This document shows, piece after piece, positions 1-20,180 of a DNA stretch of 64,000 nt. The DNA is taken from assembly GCF_009914755.1 (NCBI RefSeq), contig NC_060925.1, one strand, 5' to 3'. Positions within the stretch are counted from its first letter, which is position 1. Each line of letters begins with the position of its first letter. The position numbers and the translations under genes are program-made. This stretch comes from the human T2T-CHM13v2.0 reference genome, Homo sapiens. The notes under the pieces were generated by a model, which was not told the origin of the DNA, did not search any database, and saw only the letters and a list, made by a program, of their open reading frames with translations.

Positions 1-442
1 ATATTCTTAAGACTCTTCTTCCTAAAAGGAATAAAGAATTAGTTGAGATTTCCATAAGGGATACCTTTATATCAGTTGCTAAGTTCAGGGTACTGATCCT
101 GTATAAGAATAGCTTCCAATTCAGATCTATAAACAACAAAATAGTTTAGTGAAAACACACACACAGGATTTGGAGTGGCAGAGAACTAGTAGTTCTAGAG
201 CCAGACAGACCTGGTTTGAACCCTGACTCCACTGTTGTAACCTTGGGCAAGTTGGTGTGACCACACTGTCATTTCTTAGCACTCTTTACTGCCGCTTTAT
301 ATGTTCTTGAGGTCTTTCATTAGTACTAGAATAATGATACAATGATAGTGATGCATGTAATCATGACAATTGGAAACTTGCTATTTCCTCCATTAGCTAA
401 AATTTGAAAGCCATAATTGATAAACTTTGCTTAAGTTGTACA

Positions 443-733
443 TTTTTTTGAGATAAGGTCTCACTCTGTCACCTACCTTAGAGTACAATAGTGTGATCAT
501 AGCTCACTGCAGCCTTGAACTCCTGGGCTCAAGGGATCTTCCTGCCTTAGCCTCCCAAGTGGCTGGGACTGAAGGCATATGCCACCACGCCTGGCTAATT
601 TTTTATATTTTTTTGTAGAGACAAGATCTCGCTTTGTTGCCCAAGCTGGTCTCGAACTCCTGGGCTTCAGTTATCCTCGTGCCTTGGCCTCCCAAAGTGC
701 TAGGATTACAGGCATGAGCCACCGCATCTGGCC
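443..733 (-). mobile_element. Alu (AluJ-like)
   Basis: Diverged dimeric Alu with T-tail at left. Confidence 0.88.
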
Positions 734-1139
734 AAGTTTTACTTTTATTTTGTGAAAATAGTACCTGGTAGCCTCTGAATAATATATATTTCTTGTTGTG
801 TTTTAAAATTTGCTTATTTGTGTTCATATATTCACTCTTGATAATTTAATAATTATTAAAACACTCTGTGCCTGGTACTTGTTTCATGCTTTACCTGCAT
901 TATTTCATTTAAGATCAATATGTGAAGTGGGCACTTCTCTTACATTTAATTCACAGACGAGAAAACAGAGGATACAGGGAGATTGAGTAACTTGTCCTAT
1001 ATGATATGGTTTATAAGTGGCAGAACTGAGATGTAAACTCTTTTCTATTAGGTTCTTTTTTGCTACAACTAACACCAGAAAAGTAGCTTAAACTTAGGAT
1101 GTATATAGGTTATATGCCAGTACTAAGCCATATTATTTT

Positions 1140-1690
<551 letters not shown>

Positions 1691-3239
1691 ACCACCATTA
1701 GTAGGGCTGTGAAGAGAGAGTATGTGTGTAAGGTCACTATTCCTGAGCATATGCCAGTAAGGGAGACAGCTTAAACAAATTAAGGGCTCTGCCAACAGAA
1801 AGAAGGGAGGTGGGTAGGAATGATTATTTACATAGGTAACAAAGAGTGTCTGCACCTTTGTGTCTTTTAACTACTACTATACTGTACTCCCTCCCTAATT
1901 TAAGAAGATATTTTAAAATAGCATAAATGAGGGAGAAATATAAATGGTAATAAATTTCAGGATAGAAGAAATCCTATGGAGATTTGACAGTTACAGTGGT
2001 TAGGTAGTCTAAGTTCTGATGCAGATGGATAAGTAATACAGATCATGTTAAAAAGCAACTTTGGGTTGAATTAATATAACTGTGTCCTCCGTGGACTGTT
2101 GAGTAACCACTTGCTTTACTTAACCCTAATTGGCTTCATATTAAATAATTTGGTTTAGCTGTGTAGTTTCAGGGCTATGGGAAGAAACTGAGGAGATTCG
2201 GGGAAAAAAAAATGAAATATGCATTAAGGAGATGAAGCATAGGCTTTCTAAGCTAATTACCAGAATTAGTGGAATTTCTCTGTATTTTGGTTGAGAGAAA
2301 GTTAGTAAGTGACCTTAATAGTTTTCAAGCTTGTAAAATTTCTAAGTCGAAATGGTTCTTGTCTCTCCCACCCCTTCAATTCCTAGAAGACGAAATTGAG
2401 ATTATCATAAAATACTTTGGTTAGAGGTAAAGAACAGCTTTCTGACTGTAGAGGTTATTAAACACTGGATCTCAGGGGAAGAGGGCCAGCTGTAGGTTTT
2501 AGTCAAAAGATGAAGTGAAAAGGCAAGACCCATAAATCACAAATTATAGTTTAAGCAGTGAAATTATAGTTTAAGCCATTTTTGAAGCTGTTGGAGTTGG
2601 GACATAATTCTGAGTCTGAATATTTCCACAGTCAAGCTCCTGAAGGTCCTGCCTCCCATCCTATCCTCTCTCCCCACTTGAGTGAATCTTTGTTAGCATT
2701 TAAGACTTTTACTTCCCCCCGTAAACAGCTCTACAACAGTGTAGAATGTAAAAAATTAGAACTGCAAATATGTGTTGCCCTGACAAATACATCAACTATT
2801 TTGATTTTCTTTCATGTTGCCTTTCTCAGTATGGCTATTTAAAGTTTCTTAAGACATTTTTTTCCCACTAAGTTATTTATATTTATTATAGAAAACCAGA
2901 AATAACTTCTGTGAACATGTTGTAATATTTTTCTAAAGCTATTTCTTTATATGCATGTGTTTTAGAGTTGTGTGATTCTGTAGTTTCATAACAGCATGCA
3001 TAATAACACTGAGTTATAATAGTTCCCTTATTATCTCTTTCCTATTAGACTGTGAGCCCCTTTAAGGCATATATTATTGTTTTCATCTTTATATACCTTG
3101 AAAAGTTGATGTACTTCACATAAAGATGAGGCGAGAGTTGTAGATACAATTTGTATATTTTCTTGATCTATTATTAGCATTTTCTTCCAAATTTTATTAA
3201 AATGGATGCCAATAAAAACAGATACATTATTCAACTCAC

Positions 3240-3392
3240 TCTTTTGCCCAGGCCCTGCCGTGGTGAAGATCACGGCTCACTGGGGTGTTGCTTTGTTGCC
3301 TAGGCTGGTCTCGAACTTCTGGGCTTAAGTGATACTCCTGCCTTGGCCTCCCAAAGTCTTGGGATTACAGGTGTGAGCCACTGTGCGAGCCG
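3240..3392 (-). mobile_element. Internally deleted old Alu
   Basis: Short right-arm piece joined to the left arm. Confidence 0.65.
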
Positions 3393-3411
3393 CTGTAACC
3401 GGCCTAAAGAT

Positions 3412-4490
<1,079 letters not shown>

Positions 4491-5193
4491 TGACATCATA
4501 AATTTAAATTCACTTAAAATGTCCAAAACGAAATCTGTCAGCATTTTTAAAAAAATAAATTAAAACAAAAACGAAACACTTTTAAGCTCAGGAAAGTAAC
4601 CTCCAGAGTACTTTCAGAATATCCCAGACAAATTGGGGCTTTGCAGATTAATATTTGCAGGTTGATCTTTGCCTGGGATCTTCCATATAAAACTAAAAAA
4701 TGAAGTCTGTGGTAGCTGTTCTTGCCTAGAGTCTCTGCTAACACAGAAGTTTCGTGAAATTTTATGGTGTTAATCCCTTGTAAACTATGGATTTAGAAAC
4801 TCATATTCCCAGACTAAGACTAGTCTCTTTATTTATTTCTTCAATTCCTAGTAGCCAAAGGTAATTAGATTTTACTTTTGGCAGGTGTATGCTAGCGATG
4901 TCTACTTTATTTAAGAAGATGCTCAACCTCTAAGTGGTGTGGGAGGTGTTTCTAAAGGTCACTCAAGGTTGGGGTACAGTTGTGGTGGCAACCCTTCCCT
5001 GCCTAACTTGTTGTTTGCTCTATAGGGCAATGATTCTTGACCTCTTTGGGTTATAGATTTCAATGAAGTGTTTCTAGGGAAAGGAGGAACCTGGGAGAGA
5101 TCTGTCAGTGCTCTCTGCTATCCTTTTGTTTGTAGTGACAGTATCTGCAAAATATGGGGACACCTTAAGATGCCTTATAATCTTTTAGATCTA

Positions 5194-5222
5194 TTAGGTT
5201 GGTGCAAAAATGATTGCCGTTA
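5194..5222. mobile_element. MADE1/Hsmar1 terminal inverted repeat (TIR) fragment
   Basis: TA+TTAGGTTGGTGCAAAAATGATTGC; only one arm present. Confidence 0.6.
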
Positions 5223-5815
5223 ATAACTTCAAAATCTACCGGTTAGGGATCATTCAGTAAGCAAGTAAATATACCAACTGAGGTGGAGAAAAGTGTAGGC
5301 AGCTTGCTTTGAGAATTTTAGAGCTAAAGTACAGTGAAGGGTAATTTTAAATTTTACTTCTTTTAGAAGGTTTTATTTATAATTAAATTGCTTTTTTGGT
5401 TTTATTTGAATAAATATAAAATTATACATTCAAATAATTATTTCTTGAAATTTTCTCCTTTATTTTAAAATGCTGGTTAGTATGTGATAGTTGTAGCACA
5501 TTTAAAGAAGAATACAAGTAAAAAGTGCAATTCTACTTCTCCCTATACATTGTTTAATAAGCATATGCCTTTTAAAAAATGACCTTATAATGGGCTGAGT
5601 ATATTTTGGATATTGTTCTGTGGCAGCATAATACCACATAACTTAATTAACTGTCTCCTTATTGTTAAATGTTTAGATTCCCTCCTTCCTGCACCCCCTT
5701 TGAAAGCAATGCTGACATGTGTGTCCTTGTAATTGTACTTTGATATATTGGCAAGTATTTTCCTGGGACAGAATTTTGCAGATGGATCACTGGATTATTG
5801 TGTACATTTACTTTA

Positions 5816-6129
<314 letters not shown>

Positions 6130-8969
6130 TTTCTTAAAAATTTTCTTTTAATTCTAAGAGAGTTTTATGTTGACTTCTAGTGCTTTTTGGGCGCTGATGC
6201 TCACACTTATTTTGATAAAGATGAAAGATGTTTACCAAATAGAATATTGGACATAGAAACTCCCAAGGAAATTCTCTACGTAGCTGAATTTCAGGCAGAT
6301 GGTGAAGATGCAAGGATAATCTCACAAAGTTATAGCTAACAATCACTAATTCTGGGTGATTTGGCAATGTTTTGGCAAGCAGTTATTTTAAACTGCTTTC
6401 TAGTAAGAAATAATTAAAGTCAATGCTTTGATTTAAAAAGAATGCATATGGTTAAAATTTAAAGAGTTCAGAATGCTATCTGTCTACTATATAGATCCCT
6501 GCTCCCCTTCTACACCAACCTGTAGAAAAACTAGTCAGCTCAGTTATTCAGAGGCTGATTTCCCAGTTTGTTATTATCTGTGTACTTTTATTCTCCACAT
6601 TTGACCTGTTACTACTCAGTTCTACATCTGCTAGTATGGACATGTAAAGGAAAGGGAGAGAATGTGATCAGATCTAGTAAATGATGGGTTAATTGAAGAA
6701 GTTGTTTAAAGTTAGGAGTCATAAAAACATAACATACATACACTTTAAACATTTTATTTTAACTTGAAATCGAGGTATACATTTATTTACCAAGATTTTG
6801 ATGTTGGGCCAAGGCCTTCTGGCATTCTATATCTTGGTCTTTCTTTCATCCATTTCCCCTATAATGCTTCATTGTAGATTTTTCAATGTACTTAAAACTT
6901 TAAATCCTTAAATGTGGTACAAGACTGTACATTATGTGGCTCTTTGCCAGTTTCTTCGAAATCTACTTATCCTTAGGTTTTCTGTGATAAGTTTCACTGA
7001 CTTTTCAGTTTCCGAAACTTGCCTCAGCGCCTTTCCACATATTGTTCCCATAACCTGGAATGATAATTTCTTTAAATCCTTGGCTGGCCCAGATCTTTTG
7101 AGGTCTCTTCTCAAATGTTCTGTCCTCAGAGAGGCTTCGTAAATATTAGATAATATTCCAGTATAAAGTAGGATAACCCCAACCTCCCCACAAGCCCACT
7201 AATATCACCCTTTTCTCTTCCTTCACTCTACCTGCCAAATGTGGCAGGTAGAGTGAAGGAAGTGAACAGGGTAATTTTCTTTTTACAAGACTGAAGCCTC
7301 TGTGAAGGCAAGGGCCATCCATATATATTGGGTTTACCATAGTGTAATAGCCTTTGGTTAGAGCAGTGTCTGCTATGTAATAAGAAGCTTAAATATTTGT
7401 AGACTTAATCAAATGTTTATTATTTATATATAAAGTGTCAGGCACTGTGGGGGGCATTACTTAGTAAAATGCCACTTAGTCATCTCATTGATAGCCTATA
7501 GTACATTTTAAAATGGAAGTGTGTACATCCAAGTATGCATTTAATGAAATATGGGACATTTAAAAAAGTTTTCAGATGCTAATACTGAAGAGAATAATGC
7601 AAATTTACTAAAATAATTAGGACCCTTTTTAAAACATGGGGGCAATGTTGCTTATCTTTTTAAAAATAGTCATTTATTTTTCGTTCACTATCTTAAGAAT
7701 TCTGATCATCTTGTAGGAAACTTAGAAACACTAGGAAGGTCATAGGCACTATTATTAATAATTATAGAATTGTTTTCCTCTAAATTAGAGTTTTCTTTGT
7801 GACCCTACATAACGTAATGATATTTGCTCTCTGGAGAGCCAAATGGGCCTGAAGTATAGAAACAGAACTGAAATATAGATAATTAAAACTAAACTAATAT
7901 ACTATAATTCTGATTGTTATGTCTTAAGATTTGTTGGCCTTAATAAGGTGTGCTGGGATAAACAAAAAGGAAGGCATCATTTGTAAAGGTTTTCTTCTTT
8001 AATCCCACTTTTGTTTTTGCATGACCAGAAATTCTCTGATATAGCAGGGTATACTTTATATAAAGACTATGGGCAGTAAGTGTTTAGTGTTTGTCTTTAT
8101 ATTAGGTCTATAGAGTGTGGTTTCTTGATTATGGGTGAGGAAATTAGCCTTTCAAATTCCATTAGCTGTAAAGTGGATTTGGATTTGGTATTTGTATTGG
8201 TTGGCTAATTTAATTCAAATCTTTTAAAATTCTCGTGCTGAAATGATCTTAGGAAGATCAAAATTTCTCTAACAGAAATTATTTTGGTCTTTGAAGTGTA
8301 TAAATTTAACCTGTTCATAAAATAAGTATTATCAGCTGGTATGTTTCTTATACTTTTCTGGGAATACAAAAATGAATAAAGCATGGTGGTTGTCTTAGAG
8401 GAAATAATTGTAATTGATGAGATACATATAAATAATGTGATACGATAAATGCTAGAGTAGGAATATAAATTATGTCAAGTGTTGTATAAGCACTGTAGAG
8501 GGAGTGATTGATTCTTTGGGAGAGTTGGAGAAAGTTTTATGGATTTGTTAATCCAGACATATCTAATTATTAGGGTTTTTAACACTTTTGTGTCTTCTCT
8601 TTTTCCTGTTTAGCTTGGTACTTTGCCGTTAGAACTCTTGAGTGACCAGGTGCATTGTAAATAAGCAATAATATTTTGAAAGAAATCTTTTTTCCTGAGC
8701 AGTGGGTCTCAACAATGGTTTTAAAATACTCAGTAAACAGTGCTCTAAGCAGATGTGCTGTCATTTAGGCTTTGTTGTTCCATTTATACAGCACAGGCAG
8801 AGTAGATTTTGCATAATTTTTAAGGGCCGTATGATTTTTGGAATGGGATATGAACATTGGCTACAACTTAAAGTCACCAGTTGTGTTAGCCTCTAACGAG
8901 AGTCAGCATGTCCTTTGAAGCTTTGAAGCCAGTCATTGACTTCTCTCTAGCTATGAAAGTCTTAGATAG

Positions 8970-9270
<301 letters not shown>

Positions 9271-9456
9271 AGATAGCATTTCTTTCAGTAGAAGATTGTT
9301 TGTTTACATTGAAAATCTGTGGTTTAATGAAGCCACATTTATCAATTATCTTAGCCAGATCTTCTGGATAACTTACTGCAGCTTCTGTTACTGTATTAGT
9401 ACTTACTGCTTCACTTTATACTTACATGTCATGGAGATGGCTTTTCTTTAAACCTC

Positions 9457-10433
<977 letters not shown>

Positions 10434-12286
10434 AATGACATGAATCAGCATCTGCTAGTTTCATACTTTTCTTCTGCGGCTTCCTTACCCTTTTTATCCT
10501 TGCTTAGAATTGAAGAGTTAGAGCCTAGCTCTGGATTGGGATTTGGCTTAAGACAATGGTTGGTTGGTTTGATATTCTATCCAAAGCACTAAAACTTTCT
10601 ACTCAGCAGCAAAAGGCTGTTTCACTTTCTTACCATTTGTGTGTTCAGTGGACTGGCACTTTAAATTTTTTAAAAGAACTTTATCTTTGCATTCAGACTT
10701 CACTGACCGGTACAAGAGGCCCAGCTTTTGGCCTGTCTCCGCATTCAACATGTTGCCTTCCTCAGTAAGCTTAATCATTTCTAGCTTTTGCTTTAAAATG
10801 AGAGACTTGCAACTTTTCCTTTCATTTGAACACTTAGAAGCCATTGTAGCATTATTAATTGGCCTATTTTCAATATTGTTGTGTTTCAGGAATAGGGAGG
10901 CCCAAGGAGAGGGAAAGAGATGGAAGAACGGCTAGTTGGTGGAGCAGGCAGAACACACAGAGACTTTAAACTCTGAAGTTCGCTGTCTTAGATAGGTGCG
11001 GTTTGTGGCACCTGTAAACTATTGCAATAGTAATACCAAAGATCGCTGATCACAGATCACCAGAACAGATAGAATAATAATGAAAAAGCACAATAAAGTG
11101 AAGCACAATAAAATGAGGTATGCCTGTACCTTATAATAGCTTGAAAATTTCTTAAATTCTGTGTTTTATCTCAGGAATGTGTGTGAATTTTGCATTTCAT
11201 TGCATACTGTTAATAAAAATATAGAAATATTTGAATTACTGCCAGAAAAAGGAAAAACAAAAATCATTTCCTGTTTGTCTGTTGATTTTTGAAAACTGGG
11301 GTGAATGAAGAGAGCTGACACTACATACCTGGTTTAGCACTTACTTTCTTTTTCTTAGTGTATCCCTGGTATGTTTCAGTTTATGCCTGAAGATGTACGT
11401 CACCAGTTTGAGAAAAAAAGATTGGCCAGTCAGATCATGAAACATTGCATTACTTTTCTCCCTCTTACGTGTAGTATAGCCTTGGGGAAAATTACTTAAT
11501 TTGAGTCTGCTACCCTCATAAATTGGGCCAATAATGTGTACCCATACTTTTTTTGGGAGGGGATCATATAGTAGCTGCTAATTAAACATTTATTAGCTGC
11601 TTCCTCCTTTTCCTGCCACATTCCTGTTGCTTTCTTCTTGGCTTTAACCCAGGTCTTATAACTGCTTGGTATGCTTTAATCAGCTTGCTTACTGCCCTGA
11701 TGGTTTTTATTAGCCAGTGCGTAGAGAATAATGCTAGAAGATGCTTGGGGCATAAGCTGAGACATTCCTGGAATAATAGAGACACACTGACTCAGGAACA
11801 GTCAGTGCACAGGGAAATGTTCGGATTTAGCTTATCAGAGTAAGCAAAGGTCTAGAAATACATCTACATTAATCAGTGGAAAGATGGGCCAGACTAAAAA
11901 TTGGAATTAGAATGTAGGACTGAATGCATTTATACTAGAGTCTGCTTTCTGTGCAGCAGTAAAAGCAGGTGATATTGACTTAGTTTTTTTCAAAGTGGTT
12001 AGAGTATTAGACTGAATGGTCTAAAAATTTCATAGATGGAAGTAAAGGTATGTTCAAAAATAGACTTTCTCTGAAATGTTATAATTGAACTTAGAACATT
12101 TATGTTAGTGGTTTTATTCTGTAAATGATAATACTCATTCCTGTAATTCTCTTTATGTTGTCAGTGTGTTTCATTAACTATATCTGCTTGATCTCAAACC
12201 TTGATTATTTCTCTAACTGCGTAACACATGGCAGTTGGAGGTTCAAGAGAGTCTAATTAAGTCACTTATCCACCTGTCTGAGGTGT

Positions 12287-12588
12287 TTTTTTTTTTTTTT
12301 TTTTTGGAGATGGAGTCTGTCACTCTGTTGCCCAGCCTGGAGTGCAGTGGCATGATCTTGGCTCACTGCACCTTCACCTACCAGGTTCAAGTGATTCTTG
12401 TGCCTCAGCCTCCCAAGTAGCTGGGATTATAGGCACATGCCACCATGCCCAGCTAAATTTTGTATTTTTATTAGAGACAGGGTTTTACCATCTTGCCAGA
12501 CTGGTCTCGAACTTCCAACCTCAGGTGATCCACCTGTCTCGGCCTCCCAAAGTGCTGGGATTACACACGTGAGCCACTGCACCCAGCC
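12287..12588 (-). mobile_element. Alu (AluS)
   Basis: Full dimer with T-tail. Confidence 0.9.
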
Positions 12589-13125
12589 TCTGATTTCTTA
12601 ACAGAGAAGAGAAACAATAAGCCAAACATGGATCAAAATAAAGTATTGAGCTTCATTACTGGTAAAGGTGAGTTAGAAAATGTGGTGAATATTACAGTAT
12701 TGCACTCCTAGCAAAAAGTGAAAGCCCCCACATGAAAATAGGAGAACAAAGGAATAGGTTTTTTGCCAGAGTCCCTTCACATAAACACTTTGGGCAGGAA
12801 ACTAGGCAGGCATGTCACCATTGGGCTTCAGATGGGCACCTGACAATGCTGTCGTTACTGTAGGAGACAGACCACCACAAAGTGAGATTGATTTGGTTGC
12901 TTCAGATCTGGACTGAATTATGTATTTTAATTAGCTATATTAAATAAAACAAATTAACTCTTTTGAACGTATTCCTTCATTTGTAAGGTGGGAATACAGT
13001 TGAGTGATGACTGCGAACATAAACATGACTAAAATGCCCAGAACTTTCTGGTTTATAGTAGTAGTTTCTGGTTTAGCAAATAGTAGTAATAAAAGGATAA
13101 CTGTTATCCTTAACAGTTATTCTTA

Positions 13126-13532
<407 letters not shown>

Positions 13533-14203
13533 CTAATATTGTTTCTCTGACCTACTCATTTCAGGAAACAAAAGACTACAATTGCCTTTATGCTGATATG
13601 CCCTTATATTGAAGACTTGACCATATATAGGAACATTAAACAGAATGCCAGGTAGAGGTTTTGATTTTCTTGTCAAAATAAAATGTCAGAAATATTCTTC
13701 ATGTGTTTTGGGGAAGGGAGTATTAATAGGGGTCAACTGTACATTAGTGAATACCTGTCATTTGAAATAGGAGCTTTTAAAATAGTATATATTTAAGGTG
13801 TAAAACATGATATTTTGATATACATATACATAGTTAAATGATTACTACAGTAATAGGAGCAATAATTTTATGTGTGCTGTTCTAAGCACTTATGGTAACT
13901 CATTTTATGTTAACAACAATCCTGTGAGATGGGAATATTTATCCTCCATCTGAAAAAAATTAAGGCACGGAGAGACCAAGTTACGTGTTCAGGGTCATTA
14001 AACTGATCCATGTAGAAGCCATGATTCAAAACCAGGCATTCTTAGTGCCCAGCATGGGGTCAACACTGACCTGCTTGGCTTTGGTACCTCTTTAATTGCA
14101 TTCGTACTAAGCACTCAGTCAGTCATAACCATTCTCTTCTCCCTTGTGGTAATTAATGGTGGTGGTGGTGGAGAATCTACGGGATTAGGCTTCAGTTAAT
14201 TCT

Positions 14204-14500
14204 TTTTTTTTTTTTTTTGGAGACGGAGTCTTGCCCTGTCGCCCAGGCTGGAGGGCAATAGCATGATCTCAGGTCACTGAAACCTCTGCCTCCTGGGTTC
14301 AAGCGATTCTCCTGCCCCAGCCTCCTAAGTAGCTGGGATTACAGGTGTGCACCACCACGCCCAGCTAATTTTTTGTATCTTTAGTAGAGATGGGGTTTCA
14401 CCATGTTGGCCATGCTGGTCTCAAACTCCTGACCTCGTGATCTGCTCACCTCAGCCTCCCAAAGTGCTGGGATTATAGGCATGAGCCACCGTGCCCGGCC
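14204..14500 (-). mobile_element. Alu (AluS)
   Basis: 16-bp TSD GGCTTCAGTTAATTCT at 14188-14203 and 14501-14516. Confidence 0.92.
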
Positions 14501-15537
14501 GGCTTCAGTTAATTCTAAAGCCTGGGACTGTCAGTAGGATTTTAAATCTTAGAGACCAGTTCTGAGAAAGTGACCTGTTGGCTCTGCATTGCCCCCAGGA
14601 AAAGTGCTAAGATTGTTATCAGTTACCTGACATCTGGTGGGCCGGCACGCCTTAGCCACAGTCTCTTGAATAGTCAGGAATGTCTAAAAAGTTATAAGAA
14701 GAAAAAGCAACAGGAAGAGACAGACAACAGATAGGTGGTTGCCAGGAGTGGGGGAAGGAGAGAATGGGTAGTGACTGCTGGTGGGCACAGGGTTTGCTTT
14801 GAAATTAGATTGACACAAATTATTATTTTCCAGTTTATAAAATCAGGTTTTTCAGGAGGTCTTTACATTGAATCACAAGTGATTTCACCCTAATATGGTG
14901 TGAATTGATTTTATTGTTCACTCTTAGTTCTTTATAAACTAATTTCCCCCTCCTTGAGTGTTTGTTTTAAAATTTTGGCTCTTTCTTGATAACCTGGAAT
15001 ATATATATTTGGATAATTATTTTCAGGAAGAGTATATTATATGAGTGATCTCTTTTCTGAGTTCTTGTTCAGTTGAGAAGGACTTGATTATGTACATGTG
15101 CAGATATGGGATTCTCAGATTTTGATCTTTATGTTTCTCCCTGGGAAAGTTTAAGGGTTGATCCATTATAATCTGGCTTTTAGTTTTCCAGAGGAAAGGG
15201 CTAAGTCTGAGATTAACTTGATTCCTCTTGGCCCTTCCGAATATCCATTTCTCCTTTTTTCCTCTTTGTAGATAATCTTTTTTGATTTCTTGTTTTTCTG
15301 TAGGATTGAAAAATGTTTTTATTAGGCTGTATTTAGATATTGGCATGTTTTAATTAATTTTTCCCTATATACTCAAAATCTGTACATGTTCCGATTCAGA
15401 TTTTTCTTCAGTTTAGAAAAATTTCCTTCTCGTATTTTTTTGAGAGTGTAATATGTTTAAGACCACAGACTGAGGAGCCAGATTGTTTGGTTTCCAATTC
15501 CTGTTATGATACTAGTAACTTTGGGTAGGGTTCTTAA

Positions 15538-16068
<531 letters not shown>

Positions 16069-16072
16069 GTAG

Positions 16073-16458
<386 letters not shown>

Positions 16459-17454
16459 CAGCATTTATATTTCTTAATCGTTTTATTCTTTCTGGGAAAA
16501 TTTTTTGAGTTTTTAATCTTTTTTCTTTTTTTTTTTTTTCTCTTTACTGAAGTTCTAATCTGGCCAGTTCTGCTGTTGTTTTCATATTATTTTTTCTCTG
16601 CAATTTCTCCAAATCTTAGATTGTTTCCTCATCATAACTTCCTGCTCTAGTTTCTTGTTTGTAATCTTCTCTTGGATTGTCCTGAGAACATCAATTAGAA
16701 ATTTTATAAACATGTTTTCCTGTATCTTATAGTAAATCTGTTTCTGAAGAAATTGTGCATTCATTGTTTAGGCTAGTATCCATAATTTGAATTATGGTAT
16801 TTTTTTGGACATCAACTTTGTCTTCTGCTCATTTTTATAAGTGGGAGGTCTCTGCCAGCTTAGTATTAGTCTTAGCATAAGGTGGAATTTGAGATGTTTT
16901 ATAACAAAGGTAGATATAGATCATATTAAATTTTTGATTTAAGAAAAATGAAAGGTGGCAATATTTCTTGAAGCCCCAGGAATGACTGATCTGGGATTCA
17001 TATTATCATAAAAGAGAACAATAAGTGATAAACATTAATATTTATTTAGCTTTTTAAAATGTGCCAGGCACTGTGCCCAGTGCTTTACATATGAATTATA
17101 TCCTTTTCTCTTTCTCAGCAACTTTATGGTAGATACTGTTTTTCCTGTAAACTTAATGAAGTTGAAGTTTAGAGATTTACTCACCTAAGGTCATAAGGCT
17201 CATAAATAGTAGAGCCAGGATTAAACCCAAGTGTCTGACTCCAGCAGTTGAGTGTCAAATAGTTAGGTTTTAATGGCCTCTTGTCAATATCCCAAAGGGC
17301 TTGAACTCTTATAAGTAGGTTTGGTTCCAGACTGATACACTGCCCGATCTTAATCATGATGGTCAGTAGAAGATGTGTTTAGATCCCTCTTGGTGAAAGG
17401 AGCCCCTGAGTTTCCACGTAATACACTTGGAAAACCATAGAATTTGTTTCCTTA

Positions 17455-17862
<408 letters not shown>

Positions 17863-18670
17863 TCAGAATCAGCCATAGTTCCTGTTACAGAAGATGGACC
17901 CAATAATTATTGGTTGTGTGAATGTTGTATGAATTAAATTAGATAAGGAGATTACATAGCATACTCCTCTAAAATGCGCATATTTAAAGTAGTTGGGTAT
18001 ATGTATCATGATCAACTGGAAACCTTTTTTGAAATACAGATGCTTATTATGACTTAGAAACACTGTTCTAATTATAGTCTAATATATAGTGATTATTATA
18101 GTCTAATAATCACTGACTATAAAAGTGATTGAATAGTTCTTGGTAAATAATTGTTACTTTTCTTGATTTTTAAATATTCATGCTGTAATGATAAAAATGT
18201 CCAAATCCATAGTGTATATGGTTTAGATCTTGTTTATAATATACAGAGAAAGGCCTTCAGGAGTTTCTTGAAGTAATAAATACATTATTGTTGAGTTCAT
18301 TTTGGAGTTATTTACTGTACTAAACCAGCCTCACAATGACTTTGCAGATTTGTGATATTACTCTTGGCTTTTAGAGAGAGAAGGACACACAGTAAATAAT
18401 CCCTAAATTCAAGGAATTGACTTAATGAGAATAGTTGAATTTTTAAGCTCTTTGGATTCTGAGTTAGTATTTAGATTTATTTGATTTAAGATGATTGTTG
18501 AAGTTACATGAAAATAAGTCTTTCCAAAATGAAAATCTTTTTAGTAATCAAATGAGGATTTTCTGATAGCAACAGGGTGCATTGGAAATGAGATTTTCTG
18601 ATCAGCAGCAGCATGCATTGCACTGTATTGGGGAATTGAGGTAAAGTAATATTTAAAAGTTCATATTATT

Positions 18671-19122
<452 letters not shown>

Positions 19123-19245
19123 TTAAAGTTATGGGATATGAAAATTATGGACATATCAGACCTGAATTTTATGTTATTTTACTCACTCGACCAGTAAGAT
19201 CTTGAGTCATATATTTTAGTGGAGGCAATTTTATTCATGTATTGT

Positions 19246-19608
<363 letters not shown>

Positions 19609-20078
19609 TAATAGTGTATTCCTTCATGATTGTGAGAGCCAATTCAATATCTCTAACGGTCTTTTGAAAATCTTAAATAGGGCAAATTTTATTCTGGGTT
19701 TCCATGAGTCAAAAATCAGTGTTGATGGTTCTTGTCTCCCCTCCCTCATAATGTGGTTTGGCAAAATGCTTCAGGGAAATAACAGTGAGGGTGATTGAGG
19801 GAAAACTGAAAAATCCATGAAGGAAGTAATAGCTATTCTTAGAATTATTGGCTCTAAAAAATACTTTCTTAGGTTCTCTCTAGTCATGATTACTCATAGG
19901 AAACAAATATGAGGTTTATAGATTTAAATCCAGGTATTTCTTTAAAGAGAAAATAAATGTTAAAGAAGTCATATTCATTGTTTTCATTAAGATTTGAGAT
20001 TTTCGTAACAAGTTAGAGTAAGAGGGAAGTAAAAATCAAATAAGCTAAAATAGGTACCTGAGATGTCTTTTTCTTCCA

Positions 20079-20180
20079 TGTTAGACAGATAATGTACCAA
20101 TGCTGTAGCAAGGTTTGAGGGAGGCACATCTCATATGTGTGTGAAAACCCAGTTATCATGCTTATGAACTACAAAAGGAT
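20079..20180 (-). pseudogene. U13 (SNORD13) snoRNA retro-pseudogene
   Basis: Reverse complement ATCCTTTTGTAGTTCATAAGCATGATAACTGGGTTTTCAC...GAGATGTGCCTCCCTCAAACCTTG...CATTATCTGTCTAAC follows U13 end to end. Box C (TGATGA>TGATAA) and box D (CTGA>CTAA) are mutated. A-rich remnant at the 3' end. Confidence 0.85.

Noticed and set aside
2541-2576. Short tandem duplications (here, about 18551-18620, 33678-33703, 46417-46459, about 51613-51641) as CRISPR-like or regulatory arrays
   Set aside because: Only two copies each with no spacers; ordinary slippage duplications.
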